From the NCBI GenBank assembly GCA_963845675.1, contig CAWJSX010000001.1:1489268-1553267 (forward strand): 64,000 nucleotides of DNA, given 5' to 3'. The DNA comes from an uncultured Actinomycetota bacterium. GTDB lineage: Bacteria > Actinomycetota > Actinomycetes > Actinomycetales > CAWJMD01. Of the stretch, positions 28,051-38,946 are shown one piece after another. Under the pieces are notes generated by a model. The model was not told the DNA's origin, did not search any database, and was given only the letters and a program-made list of their open reading frames with translations. The position numbers were made by a program, and so were the translations under genes. Numbering within the stretch: position 1 is the first letter of the stretch; every line of letters begins with the position of its first letter.

Positions 28051-28953
28051 GTGACTACGCTGCCCGACGTGGACGAGGCCGGCCCGACGCCGCTTCGACT
28101 CGGTCGTCGGGAGTTCGCTCGTGACCGCCGGCTCGTGATGGCGATCGTCAACCGCACCCCGGACTCGTTCTACGACCGGGGCGCCACCTACGCCGCCGAC
28201 GCGGCCCTCGCCCGCGTCGACCAGGTGGTCGACGAGGGCGCCGACATCGTCGACATCGGCGGCGTGAAGGCCGCGCCGGGTGGCGAGGTGTCGGTGTCCG
28301 AGGAGATCGGGCGTACCGCGCCGTTCGTGGCGACTGTCAGGTCGCGGTACCCGGACCTGCTGATCAGCGTCGACACCTACCGGCACGAGGTGGCCCGTGC
28401 GGTGTGCACGGAGGGCGTGGACCTGCTGAACGACACGTGGGGCGGCGTCGACCGCCCAGGTGGCCGTTGTCGCCGCGGAGTTCGGTGCCGGGCTGGTCTG
28501 CGCCCACGCAGGCGGCGCGGTCGCACGCACCCGTCCCCACCGGGTCGGGTACGACGACGTCGTGGCCGACGTCGTCGCGCGGACGACGGACCTCGCCCGC
28601 CGCGCCGTCGCCGCCGGGGTGGACCCCTCGCGGCTGCTGATCGACCCCGCGCACGACTTCGGCAAGAACACGTGGCACTCGCTCGAGGTGACCCGCCGTC
28701 TCAGACGAGCTGGTCGCGACCGGTTGGCCCGTCCTGGTGTCGTTGTCCAACAAGGACTTCGTCGGCGAGGCGCTGGGCCGACCTCTCGAGGAGCGCGTCA
28801 CCGGGACGCTGGCCGCCACGGCCGTCAGCGCGCTGAAGGGCGCGATGGTCTTCCGGGCCCACGAGGTCGCCCAGACGCGCGACGTCCTCGACATGGTCGT
28901 CCGTCATCCAGGGCGACCTGGCGCCGGCGCTGACGGTGCGCGGCCTGTCCTGA
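28051..28953 (+). pseudogene. folP: Dihydropteroate synthase, three frameshifts (~28455, ~28702, ~28900)
   Basis: Segments lie in three frames: MAIVNRTPDSFYDRG...DIVDIGGVKAAPG...ISVDTYRHEVA...LLNDTWGG, then AAEFGAGLVCAHAGG...LLIDPAHDFGKNTWHSLEV, then VSLSNKDFVGEALG...GAMVFRAHEV. The final SVIQGDLAPALTVRGLS-stop is in yet another frame. Confidence 0.85.
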
Positions 28954-28980
28954 CGCGCGGCCGTGGACCTCCGCCCGCCT

Positions 28981-29698
28981 CTAGTTCTCGCCGACCGACC
29001 CGACGGCGTACAGCACGCCGAACGGGTCTGCGACACAACGCAGGTCGACCGTCCGTGTCGGCCCTCCCCCGTCGGCACCGAGGGCACCGGCGAGCGCCTG
29101 CCAAGCCGGCAGCCCCGACACCATGAGTTCCTCGGCCAGTCCCGCGTCCGCGTCGACCAGCCGCGACGGCTCACGGGCGAGATCGGCGAGCAGCGTCTCG
29201 TCGAACGCTGCGGCCCGGTCGTCGAGATGGCCCGGCGCCTTGACCGTACGGCGCGCGGAGCCGTCTCCCGAGCACGAGGAGGCCGGTGCGGCCTTGGCGG
29301 GTCGCGAGGCGGGAGCCGGCCTCGGAGGCCGCGACACCCGCGTCGGACCAGCCGATCTGCTCCCACCGGCAGGCCCCTTGCCAGCCGGCGAGCCTCAGCA
29401 GCGTCGCCCCGACGGCGAAGGGGAGCGGGACCGGATCTCCCGTGGCGCCGCTGCGCGCCGGCCGCGGAGCGACACCCGCTCCCACGCCCCACCGGTGGAG
29501 GTCCAGGTCGTCCCGCACGGGCAGGGACGTCGTGTCCTCGCCGGACGCGACCAGCACGATCTCGTCGGGTGACGTCTCGACGAGATCGGCGACCACGCCG
29601 GTCACGGCCGAGCGCACGGCGGCCACCGGGTCGCCGCGCCCGACGAGCCCCGGCAGCAGCGTCGGTGCCTGCGGGACGAGGGCGACGGTGGTGATCAC
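28981..29698 (-). pseudogene. Conserved hypothetical protein, one frameshift at the C-run 29267-29269
   Basis: The N-terminal part is in ORF 29171..29941 from GTG 29698, which overlaps the LOG stop. The C-terminal part is in ORF 28981..29337. Removing one G (minus strand) gives the continuous sequence ...LLVLGDGSARRTVKAPGHLDD... Confidence 0.5.
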
Positions 29699-30291
29699 TC
29701 CACGACCTCGACCCTGGCAGGCGGTGGGACCCGCTGGGCCGGTGAGAGGGCGAGTGCGCCCTCGACGGCCTCGACGGCCTCGTCCGCGGACGACGTCCAG
29801 TGCAGGAGGCCGGCGGCCTCGGGTCGGACGAAGCCGGCGCCGGTGAGGTGGTCGACCAGCTCGTGCAGGGGCGCGTAGAGCCCCGTCGGGTCGCACAGGA
29901 CGATGGGCTTGGCGTGCATGCCGAGGGACCGCGAGACCCACATCTCCAGCAGCTCCTCCAGCGTCCCGATACCGCCCGGGAGCACCACGAACGCGTCGGA
30001 CCGGCTGTCCATCAGCGCCTTCCGCTCACGCATGCCGGGCGTGACCACCAGCTCGTCGGCCTCGTGGTCGGCCACCTCGAGCCCGTGCAGGGCGTGCGGG
30101 ATCACGCCGAGCGTGTGGGCGCCACCCGCGCGGGCCGCCGCAGCGACGGCGCCCATCATCGAGACCCGCCCGCCACCGGAGACCAGGCTGTGCCCGCGCG
30201 AGGCGATCACCGTGCCGAGCCGGCCGGCCAGGTCGAGGTGCGCGCCGTCGATGCGCACAGAGCTCGAGCAGAACACGCAGATCACAGCCAC
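29695..30291 (-). CDS. LOG-family (TIGR00730) nucleotide phosphoribohydrolase, short type
   Basis: SGGGRVSMMGAVA and the PGGIGTLEELLE motifs; 198 aa. Confidence 0.85.
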   Translation of the reverse strand: MAVICVFCSSSVRIDGAHLDLAGRLGTVIASRGHSLVSGGGRVSMMGAVAAAARAGGAHTLGVIPHALHGLEVADHEADELVVTPGMRERKALMDSRSDAFVVLPGGIGTLEELLEMWVSRSLGMHAKPIVLCDPTGLYAPLHELVDHLTGAGFVRPEAAGLLHWTSSADEAVEAVEGALALSPAQRVPPPARVEVVE

Positions 30292-30333
30292 CTGGGCATC
30301 CTGGCAGGAGCGGGCGCCCGGCCGGGCGACGGG

Positions 30334-30612
30334 TCAGTCGAGCGGGGGCACCACCACGAGGTGAGGTCCGTCCGACGTGCGCGCCGGGGAGCCCCGGCGA
30401 GCACCGGCGGCCACCGCTGCACCCGTCAGGGCGCGCACCATGTCGGGCACGTCCTGCGGCGCGACCCGCAGCGTCCCGATGCAGAGGTCACCGTCCCACA
30501 GGCTCAGCACGACGCGCGCCTGCTCCGGGTGCGCCGACACGCGCAGCGCCCGTCCCGGCCGGTCGCGGCCCAGGACGACTCCCCCGTGCTCGGGGACGGG
30601 CGTCACTGCCAT
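30334..30612 (-). CDS. Hypothetical small protein (92 aa)
   Basis: In-frame ATG at 30612 within ORF 30334..31263 (MAVTPVPEHGGVVLGRDRPGRALRVSAHPEQARVVLSLWDGDLCIGTL...). It fills the gap between the two LOG genes. No family recognised. Confidence 0.45.
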   Translation of the reverse strand: MAVTPVPEHGGVVLGRDRPGRALRVSAHPEQARVVLSLWDGDLCIGTLRVAPQDVPDMVRALTGAAVAAGARRGSPARTSDGPHLVVVPPLD

Positions 30613-30665
30613 CGACACAGTCTGCGACGGCGTGGACACGGCGTCCAGCGACTCAGGTCGACCGA

Positions 30666-31433
30666 CTAGTGCCCGGACACCATCCGGACGGCCTCCTCCG
30701 CGTCGTCCGTGAGCTGCAGGCGGTCGAGGTCGGCCGGGTTGATGGCGCCCCACTCCAGCACCGTCCCCCGCAGCCAGTCGAGCAGCCCGCGCCAGTAGTC
30801 GACGCCGACGAGCACCAGCGGGAAGTCGGTCACCTTGCGCGTCTGGACGAGCGTGAGGGCCTCGAACAGCTCGTCGAAGGTGCCGAACCCACCGGGCAGC
30901 ACGACGAAACCACGCGCGTACTTCACGAACATCGTCTTGCGGGCGAAGAAGTACCGGAAGTTCACGCCGAGGTCGACCCACCGGTTCATGCCCTGCTCGA
31001 AGGGCAGCTCGATGCCGAGACCGACCGACACGCCACCGGCCTCGCAGGCGCCCTTGTTGGCGGCCTCCATCGCGCCCGGACCGCCGCCGGTGATCACGGC
31101 GTAGCCGGCCTGCGCCAGGAGCCGCCCGACCTCCTCGGCGAGGGCGTAGCCGGGGGTGTCGACCGCAGTGCGCGCCGAGCCGAAGACGCTGATCGCGGGG
31201 CCCAGCTCGGCGAGCGCCCCGAAGCCCTCGACGAACTCGCTCTGGATGCGCAGCACGCGCCACGGGTCGGTGTGCACCCAGTCGGTCGGGCCGCGGCTGT
31301 CGAGCAGCCGCTGGTCGGTGGTCGAGCCCGGCACCTGCTTGCGGCGCAGCGTCACCGGACCCATCTGGTACCCGTCGTGCGCGTCGTCGGGATCGTTCTG
31401 CGCATCACCCTCCGCGCGCGACAGGTCGGTCAT
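30666..31433 (-). CDS. LOG-family (TIGR00730) protein, long type (Rv1205-like)
   Basis: FGSART...ITGGGPGAMEAANKGA and VVLPGGFGTFDELFEALTLVQTRK motifs; 255 aa. Confidence 0.85.
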   Translation of the reverse strand: MTDLSRAEGDAQNDPDDAHDGYQMGPVTLRRKQVPGSTTDQRLLDSRGPTDWVHTDPWRVLRIQSEFVEGFGALAELGPAISVFGSARTAVDTPGYALAEEVGRLLAQAGYAVITGGGPGAMEAANKGACEAGGVSVGLGIELPFEQGMNRWVDLGVNFRYFFARKTMFVKYARGFVVLPGGFGTFDELFEALTLVQTRKVTDFPLVLVGVDYWRGLLDWLRGTVLEWGAINPADLDRLQLTDDAEEAVRMVSGH

Positions 31434-31487
31434 GTCGTCACCCTAGCCACGCGTCGTGGACGTCCACCCGGTACCCGGGCCGAGGCA

Positions 31488-32623
31488 CTATCCCCGCAGC
31501 CAGGTGGCGAGCGCGTCGCGGCACCGGGTGATCGCCTCGGCCGGGCAGTGCTCCTCGTCGGTGTGCGAGAGCGACGGCTCGGCCGGACCGAAGTTGACGG
31601 CAGGCACGCCGAGCGCGGAGAAGCGCGCGACGTCGGTCCAGCCGTACTTGGGCCGCGGCTCACCGCCGATCGCCTCGACGAACGCCGCAGCGGCCGGGTG
31701 GTCCAGGCCCGGGCGTGCGCCCTCGCTGCCGTCCGTGACCTCCACCTCGAAGCCCTCGAACAGGGAGCGGAGGTGCTGCTCGGCCTCGGCCAGTGACCTG
31801 GACGGGGCGAAGCGGTAGTTCACGGTCACGACGCACTCGTCCGGGATGACGTTGCCGGCCACCCCACCGCGGATGCCGACGGCGTTGAGGCACTCGCGGT
31901 AGACGAGGCCGTCGACCTCGACCTCGGCTGCCTCGTAGGCGTTCAGCCGTGACAGGACGTCCCCGGCGGCGTGGATCGGCGTTGCGCCCCATCCAGGCGC
32001 GCGCCGAGTGCGCGGCGACCCCAGGCACGGTGACCTCGACGCGGATGGTGCCGTTGCAGCCGCCCTCGACGACGGCGTTCGACGGCTCGCACAGCACGGC
32101 GAAGTCCCCGGCGAGCCAGTCGGGGTGGTTGCGAGCGACGCGTCCGAGGCCGTTCTTCGTCGCCTCGACCTCCTCGTGGTCGTAGAAGACCCACGTGACG
32201 TCGCGGACCGGCTCGGTGACCGCCACGGCGACCGAGAGCTGCACGGCCACACCGGACTTCATGTCGGCCGTCCCTCGTCCGTAGAGGACACGCTCGTCGT
32301 CGTCGCCGGCTCCGCGGCGATCCTCCCCCTGCACCGTGACGGGCAGGTTGGGCACGGGACGACGCAGCGGCACCGTGTCGAGGTGGCCCGCGACGACGAC
32401 CCGCTCGGCGCGTCCGAGGCCGGTGCGCGCCAGGACGGCGTCCCCGTCCCGCAGCACCTCCAGGTGGGCGCAGCCCCGCAGGGCGGCCTCGATGGCGTCG
32501 GCGAGGCGAGCTCTCGTCGCCACTGACCGACTCGATGTCGCAGATCGCAGCGGGTCAGGTCGACGACGTCGGCGTGGAGGTCGAGCACGGCGGGGGGCGA
32601 GGCGGTGGAGGCGGTCACGCTCA
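31488..32623 (-). pseudogene. dapE: Succinyl-diaminopimelate desuccinylase, two frameshifts (~32520 and the C-run 31987-31990)
   Basis: VVVAGHLDTVP, YGRGTADMKSGVA and LCEPSN are in ORF 31660..32655. The C-terminus (IHAAGDVLSRLN...NVIPDECVVTVNYRFAP...GWTDVARFSALGVPAVNFGP) is in ORF 31488..32252. The N-terminus is in ORF 32259..32750. Confidence 0.85.
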
Positions 32624-32669
32624 CCCACCCTAACGGGGGCGCTCCCGACGTCCACCTAGGCTGGTCCCC

Positions 32670-33666
32670 ATGACCGAGACCACCTCGCGCACCGCCTGGG
32701 CGCACGGCCTGGCGACCGTTGTCGCTCCACCCCCGACGCCGGGACGGCACCGGCGTGTGCTCGACACCTGGTACCCGGCGCCCGGAGCTGGGCTCGCCGC
32801 CCGACGGGGCCGGGCCGCGCCGGACGTGCTCACCGCGCTCGCCGGCGCGGACGCCGTCCGCGGCGTGCGCACCGAGGTCGTGCTCACCGTGGTCGACCTG
32901 GACGCGCCCGCCGGCCGACGTCGAGGACGCCTACCTGCGGCTGCACCTGCTCTCGCACCGCCTGGTGCGCCCGCACGGCCTCAACCTCGACGGTCTCTTC
33001 GGCGTGCTCCCGAACGTGGTGTGGACCAGCGCCGGCCCCTGCGCCGTCGACGGGTTCGAGCAGACGCGAGCCCGGCTGCGCGCCGACCACGGGAGCCGTG
33101 CAGGTGCACGGCGTCGACAAGTTCCCGCGGATGACCGACTACGTCGTGCCCGCCGGTGTGCGCATCGCCGACGCCGACCGGGTCCGTCTCGGCGCGCACC
33201 TCGCCGAGGGCACGACCGTCATGCACGAGGGCTTCGTGAACTTCAACGCCGGCACGCTCGGCCACGCCATGGTCGAGGGCCGGGTCTCGGCGGGCGTGGT
33301 GATCGGCGACGGCTCCGACGTCGGCGGTGGCGCCTCGATCATGGGCACGCTGTCCGGCGGCGGCACCGCGGTGATCTCCGTCGGCGAGCGGTGCCTGATC
33401 GGCGCCGAGGCGGGCATCGGCATCAGCCTCGGGCGACGACTGCGTGGTCGAGGCCGGGCTGTACGTCACCGCGGGCACGAAGGTGCGGGTGCTGCGACGC
33501 CGCGTGCCGGCGACGGCGACGGCGCAGGTCGTCAAGGCGTCCGAGCTGTCGGGCCGCAGCGGCATGCTGCTGCGCCGCAACTCCGTCGTCGGGCGCCGTC
33601 GAGGTGCTGCCCCGCGCCGGGACCGCTGGAGCCGTCGAGCTCAACGCGGCCCTGCACGCCAACTGA
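32670..33666 (+). pseudogene. dapD: Tetrahydrodipicolinate N-succinyltransferase, four frameshifts (~32913, ~33090, 33431-33433, 33591-33593)
   Basis: Pieces in three frames assemble to ...[37 protein letters not shown]..., [33 protein letters not shown]...[29 protein letters not shown], and [14 protein letters not shown]...NAALHAN-stop. Confidence 0.85.
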
Positions 33667-33676
33667 CGGCCGACGC

Positions 33677-34586
33677 GTGGCACAGCAAGGGCGGTGCGAG
33701 CCGCCGCACGTCTGGGTGACCGGCGCGGCCGTCGTCGTCGTGGCGGTCGGCGCCGTCGTGGCCCTGTCGAACGACCGGCGCCCCGCCCTGATCAGTGAGA
33801 GCTGCACCGCGACCGTCGGCGACACCACGCACACCCTCGCTCCCGACCAGGCCGGCAACGCCGCGCTGATCACCGGTGTGGCGGTCCAGCGCGGGCTGCC
33901 GGCGCGGGCGGCGACGATCGCGATCGCCACGGCGATCCAGGAGTCGAAGCTGCGCAACATCGACTACGGGGACCGTGACTCGCTCGGGCTGTTCCAGCAG
34001 CGCCCCTCCCAGGGCTGGGGGACCGTCGAGCAGATCCTCGACCCGGTGTACTCCACCAACGCCTTCTACGACGCCCTGGCGAAGATCGACGGCTACGAGT
34101 CGATGGAGATCACGCAGGCGGCGCAGCGGGTGCAGCGGTCCGGCTTCCCGGAGGCCTACGCCGACCACGAGCCGGAGGGCCGGGCCTTCGCCTCCGCCCT
34201 GACCGGCAACTCCCCGGCGGCGCTCACGTGCCGGCTCCGGCCGTCCGCAGGGACCGGTGTCGAGGAGCCCGCGGCGAACGGCCTGACGCCCCGGGCCGGC
34301 GCGGTGCTCACCGCCGCTGAGCGCGCGTTCGGCGACCTGCCCGCCGACGGGGGCGCCGAGGGTGGCGCGACCGTCCGCTTCGTCCTCGACGGTGGGGAGA
34401 GCACCCGCCTGGGCTGGGCCATCGCCCAGTGGGCGGTGGCCAGCGCCGACGAGCTGGACGTCGTGTCCGTCGCCACCGACTCCCAGCGCTGGGAGCGGGG
34501 ACCCGACAGCGCCTGGGTGCCCGTCGAGGACGGCCCGGGTCGCCGGCACCGTGACCGTCACGGTCGCCAACGGCGACCAGGGCTGA
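33677..34586 (+). pseudogene. Conserved actinobacterial secreted/membrane-anchored hypothetical protein, probable frameshift near 34535
   Basis: N-terminal TM segment ([17 protein letters not shown]) and a conserved core ([30 protein letters not shown]). The frame ending [15 protein letters not shown]-stop at 34586 looks like the natural C-terminus. The open frame otherwise reads into the tandem repeats. Confidence 0.55.
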
Positions 34587-34606
34587 CCGCAGCCCGCCCG
34601 TCCCCC

Positions 34607-34774
34607 ACCCGCAGATCGTCCACTTCCTGCGACAAAGGACCGCCGCCGACCCGCAGATAGTGGCCGATCTGCGACTCAGGACCCCCGCCGACCCGCAGAT
34701 AGTGGCCGATCTGCGAGTCGGGACCGCCGCCAACCCGCAGATAGTGGCCGATCTGCGGGTTGGGGACCCCCGGA
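34607..34774. repeat. Tandem repeat, 42-bp unit x4, each unit carrying a 23-nt core CGCAGAT..(C/T)GCGA
   Basis: Units start at 34607, 34649, 34691 and 34733. Units 2-4 are ACCCGCAGATAGTGGCCGATCTGCG(A/G)... and their cores are self-complementary (CGCAGAT-loop-ATCTGCG). Unit 1 (CGCAGATCGTCCACTTCCTGCGA) matches the 12.8-kb inverted-repeat arm at 20/23 positions. Confidence 0.9.
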
Positions 34775-34779
34775 CGCAC

Positions 34780-34812
34780 GGAGGCCGCGCGGGCTGTGCC
34801 CGCGCGGCCTCC
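34780..34812. terminator. Perfect 15-bp-stem hairpin between convergent genes (likely bidirectional terminator)
   Basis: GGAGGCCGCGCGGGC-TGT-GCCCGCGCGGCCTCC lies 25 nt downstream of the gltA stop. Confidence 0.65.
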
Positions 34813-34836
34813 AGGTGCGTGTGCGTCGTCCGGGAC

Positions 34837-36184
<1,348 letters not shown>

Positions 36185-36281
36185 GTCGTGCTCCTGTCCG
36201 GTCTGCACCTCGGCACGATCAGTACCCAGGGCGAGCCATCGCCGTCCGTCCCGGTCAGGACGCTGTCCGTAGTGGTCGAAA

Positions 36282-37494
36282 CTACCGTCCGGTACCTCGC
36301 CGCCGCCAACCCGTCCCACGGCGACGGAGCCACGGGACGATGCCCGTGGTCACGCCGCCCGCGCGCGGCGTCCTGTCAGCCGCCGGAGCCGCGACAGCGG
36401 CTGCGGCGACGCGCTCGTCCGTGGCCGTCAGCGCGACCCGCACGTGGTGCTGCCCTGCGGCCCCGTAGAACGACCCGGGTGCGACCAGGACGCCGCGGCC
36501 GGCGAGGAACGACGACCGTGTCCCAGCAGTCCTCGTCCGCGCGTGGCCCACAGGTAGAGACCCGCCTCGGAGTCGGGGGCGTCGACGCGCAGACCGCACT
36601 GCGCCAGCGCGGGCGAGCAGCACGTCGCGCCGGCGCCCGGTAGCGCTCCTTCTGCGCGGCGACGTGCGCGTCGTCGCCGAGGGCGACGCGCATCGCCTCC
36701 TGGACCGGGGCGGGCACGATCATCCCGGCGTGCTTGCGCACCTCCAGCAGCTGCTTGCACCAGGGCGGGGTCGCCGGCCACGAGGCCCGCGCGGTAGCCG
36801 GCCAGGTTCGACTGCTTGCTGCAGCGAGTACACCGCGAGCAGGCCCGTGGTGGCTGTCGCCGCAGACGCTCGGGGTCGAGGATGCTCGGCACCCTGGCGT
36901 CGCCCCAGCCGAGCTCTGCGTAGCACTCGTCGCTCGCCACCACGGCGCCCCGCTCGCGGGCCCAGGCCACGACCTTCGCCAGGTGGTCGATGCCGAGCAC
37001 ACGCCCGGTCGGGTTGGACGGCGAGTTGACCCACACGAGGTCGACGGGGCCCGGGCCGAGCTGGGCGGTGCCGTCCGCGACGACGATCGGCAGCCCGCCA
37101 GCCGGGCGCCGACGTCGTAGCTCGGGTACGCGATCTCCGGGATGACCACCGTGTGCCCGGCGCCCAGACCGAGCAGGGTCGGCAGCCACGTCACCAGCTC
37201 CTTGGAGCCGATCGTGGGCAGCACCGCGTCGGGGTCCAGGTCGGGCACGCCCCGACGGCGGGCGAACCAGCCCGCAGCGGCCTCCCGCAGGGCCGGGGTG
37301 CCGTGCGTCGCGGGGTAGCCCGGTGCGTCGGACGCCGCGCTCAGGGCCTCGCGCAGGAGGTTCGGCGTGGGGTCGACCGGCGTCCCCACGGAGAGGTCGA
37401 CGATGCCGTCGGGGTGAGCGGTCGCCGTCGACTTGTGCGGCGTGAGCGTGTCCCAGGGGAAGTCGGGCAGTCGACGGGCGCTCCCCGTCGGCAC
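36282..37494 (-). pseudogene. dapC: N-succinyldiaminopimelate aminotransferase (class I PLP aminotransferase), at least four frameshifts; 3' end unresolved (36282-36376)
   Basis: LPDFPWDTLTPHK...HPDGIVDLSVGTPVDPTP...GYPATHGTPALREA (ORF 36376..37494), WVNSPSNPTGRV...ASDECYAELGW...SKQSNLAGYRAG (other frames), and GSFYGAAGQHHVRVALTATDERV (ORF 36282..36623). Confidence 0.8.
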
Positions 37495-37518
37495 GGCCGC
37501 GGACCCCCTGGCCGGCGG

Positions 37519-37845
37519 TCAGCTCTCCTGCTCCTGCGGAGGCAGTGCCGCGATGATCGGGTGGTCCTTCGGGATCAGCCCGAGCTTGGCGGCGCCACCG
37601 GGCGAGCCGAGGTCGTCGAAGAACTCGACGTTGGCCTTGTAGTAGTCGGCCCACTGCTCCGGTGTGTCGTCCTCGTAGTAGATCGCCTCGACGGGGCAGA
37701 CCGGCTCGCAGGCGCCGCAGTCGACGCACTCGTCGGGGTGGATGTACAGCGACCGCTGGCCTTCGTAGATGCAGTCGACCGGGCACTCCTCGATGCAGGC
37801 CTTGTCCTTCAGGTCCACACAGGGCTGGGCGATCACGTACGTCAC
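37519..37845 (-). CDS. fdxA: 7Fe ferredoxin (3Fe-4S plus 4Fe-4S)
   Basis: MTYVIAQPCVDLKDKACIEECPVDCIY...CVDCGACEPVCPVEAI; intact 108 aa. Confidence 0.95.
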   Translation of the reverse strand: MTYVIAQPCVDLKDKACIEECPVDCIYEGQRSLYIHPDECVDCGACEPVCPVEAIYYEDDTPEQWADYYKANVEFFDDLGSPGGAAKLGLIPKDHPIIAALPPQEQES

Positions 37846-37939
37846 GGCGGGTGCCTCCTACGCCCCGGGCGGGGCTGGTGCTGCTCGGTCGGGATTAGTA
37901 TCGCCGACGTCGGGTCGGACTGTCGCGCAGGGGTGGGAC

Positions 37940-38916
37940 GTGTCGAGCAGGTGGTTCTCCGGCGGTGACGTCGGGCGCCGCGTCGTCGTCCGCTACGTGC
38001 TGGACGACGGGTCCGCGACGGACGTCCTCGGCGAGCTGGTGGCCCTGGGCGACGTGATCGAGGTGCAGCCCGACGACGGGCCCGTCCGCAGGGTCGCCGT
38101 GGACGCCGTCGTCGCCGCGAAGACCGTCCCTCCCCGGGCCGTCCGGCCCACGTCGAGCGCGGACGGCGGTGCAGCGGGTCGCCGACCTCGGGTGGCCGGG
38201 GCTGGAGCGGAACCGTCTGGGCGGTTGGGTCATGCGGGCCTCTCAGGGTTTCACCGGACGTGCCAACTCCGTTCTCGCCGTGGGCGATCCTGGCCTGCCG
38301 ACCGACGAGGCCCTCGCAGTGGTCCGCCGGTTCTACTCCGAGCGTGGGCTCCCGGCGCGTCTGCAGGTGCCGTTCGGGGCGACGGGTGCGCACGACCCGG
38401 CGCCCGGCCTCGACACCCGGCTCGCCGAGCGCGGCTGGACCTGCGACGACCCGACCGTGCTGATGACGGTCGACCTCCGGGCCAGGACGCGGTGGCGACC
38501 AGGCGGTCCCGGACGGGATGGACGTGGCCGTCTCACGGGAACCGGACGACGCCTGGCTGGGCCTCTACAAGTACCGGGGCGCGGGCCTACCGTCCGTGGC
38601 GCCCACGGTCCTCACCGCGGCCGACTGGCAGCGCTTCGTGTCGCTGCGGGCACCCGACGGGCGGACCGTGGCCGTCGGGCGCCTCGCCGTCGCCCAGCGG
38701 TGGGCCGGGGTCACAGCCATGCAGGTGGACGACGGTCACCGCCGGCGCGGCCTCGGGGGCTTCCTGCTGGATCGCCTGCTGTCGCTGGGCGAGCGCGAGG
38801 GTGCCCGGTTCGGCTACCTCCAGGTCTTCCAGGCCAACGCCCCAGCTGTGGCCCTCTACGGCGCCGCGGGCTTCACGGTCCACCACCGTTACCACTACCG
38901 GACCGCGCCCGACTGA
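37940..38916 (+). pseudogene. GNAT-family N-acetyltransferase, two frameshifts (~38165, ~38500)
   Basis: Three frames are involved. The N-terminus is in ORF 37769..39226 from GTG 37940. The middle (RANSVLAVGDPGLPTDEALAVVRRFYSERGLPARLQVP) is in ORF 38169..38963. The acetyl-CoA site (VDDGHRRRGLGGFLLDRLL...ALYGAAGF) is in ORF 38518..38916. Confidence 0.7.
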
Positions 38917-38946
38917 ACCCTCCCGATCAGGGTCGACGAGGCGAGG

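Noticed and set aside
34607-34774. Possible CRISPR array
   Set aside because: The units are contiguous, with no unique spacers between repeats. There are only four copies and no cas genes in the window.
34558-34779. Minus-strand ORF encoding a repeated peptide ([12 protein letters not shown] x3), and the plus-strand equivalent ([11 protein letters not shown] x3)
   Set aside because: The 42-bp period is 14 codons, so any frame yields a perfect peptide repeat. There is no RBS. The location is between two convergent stops next to a terminator, and the nucleotide-level palindromes argue for a non-coding repeat.
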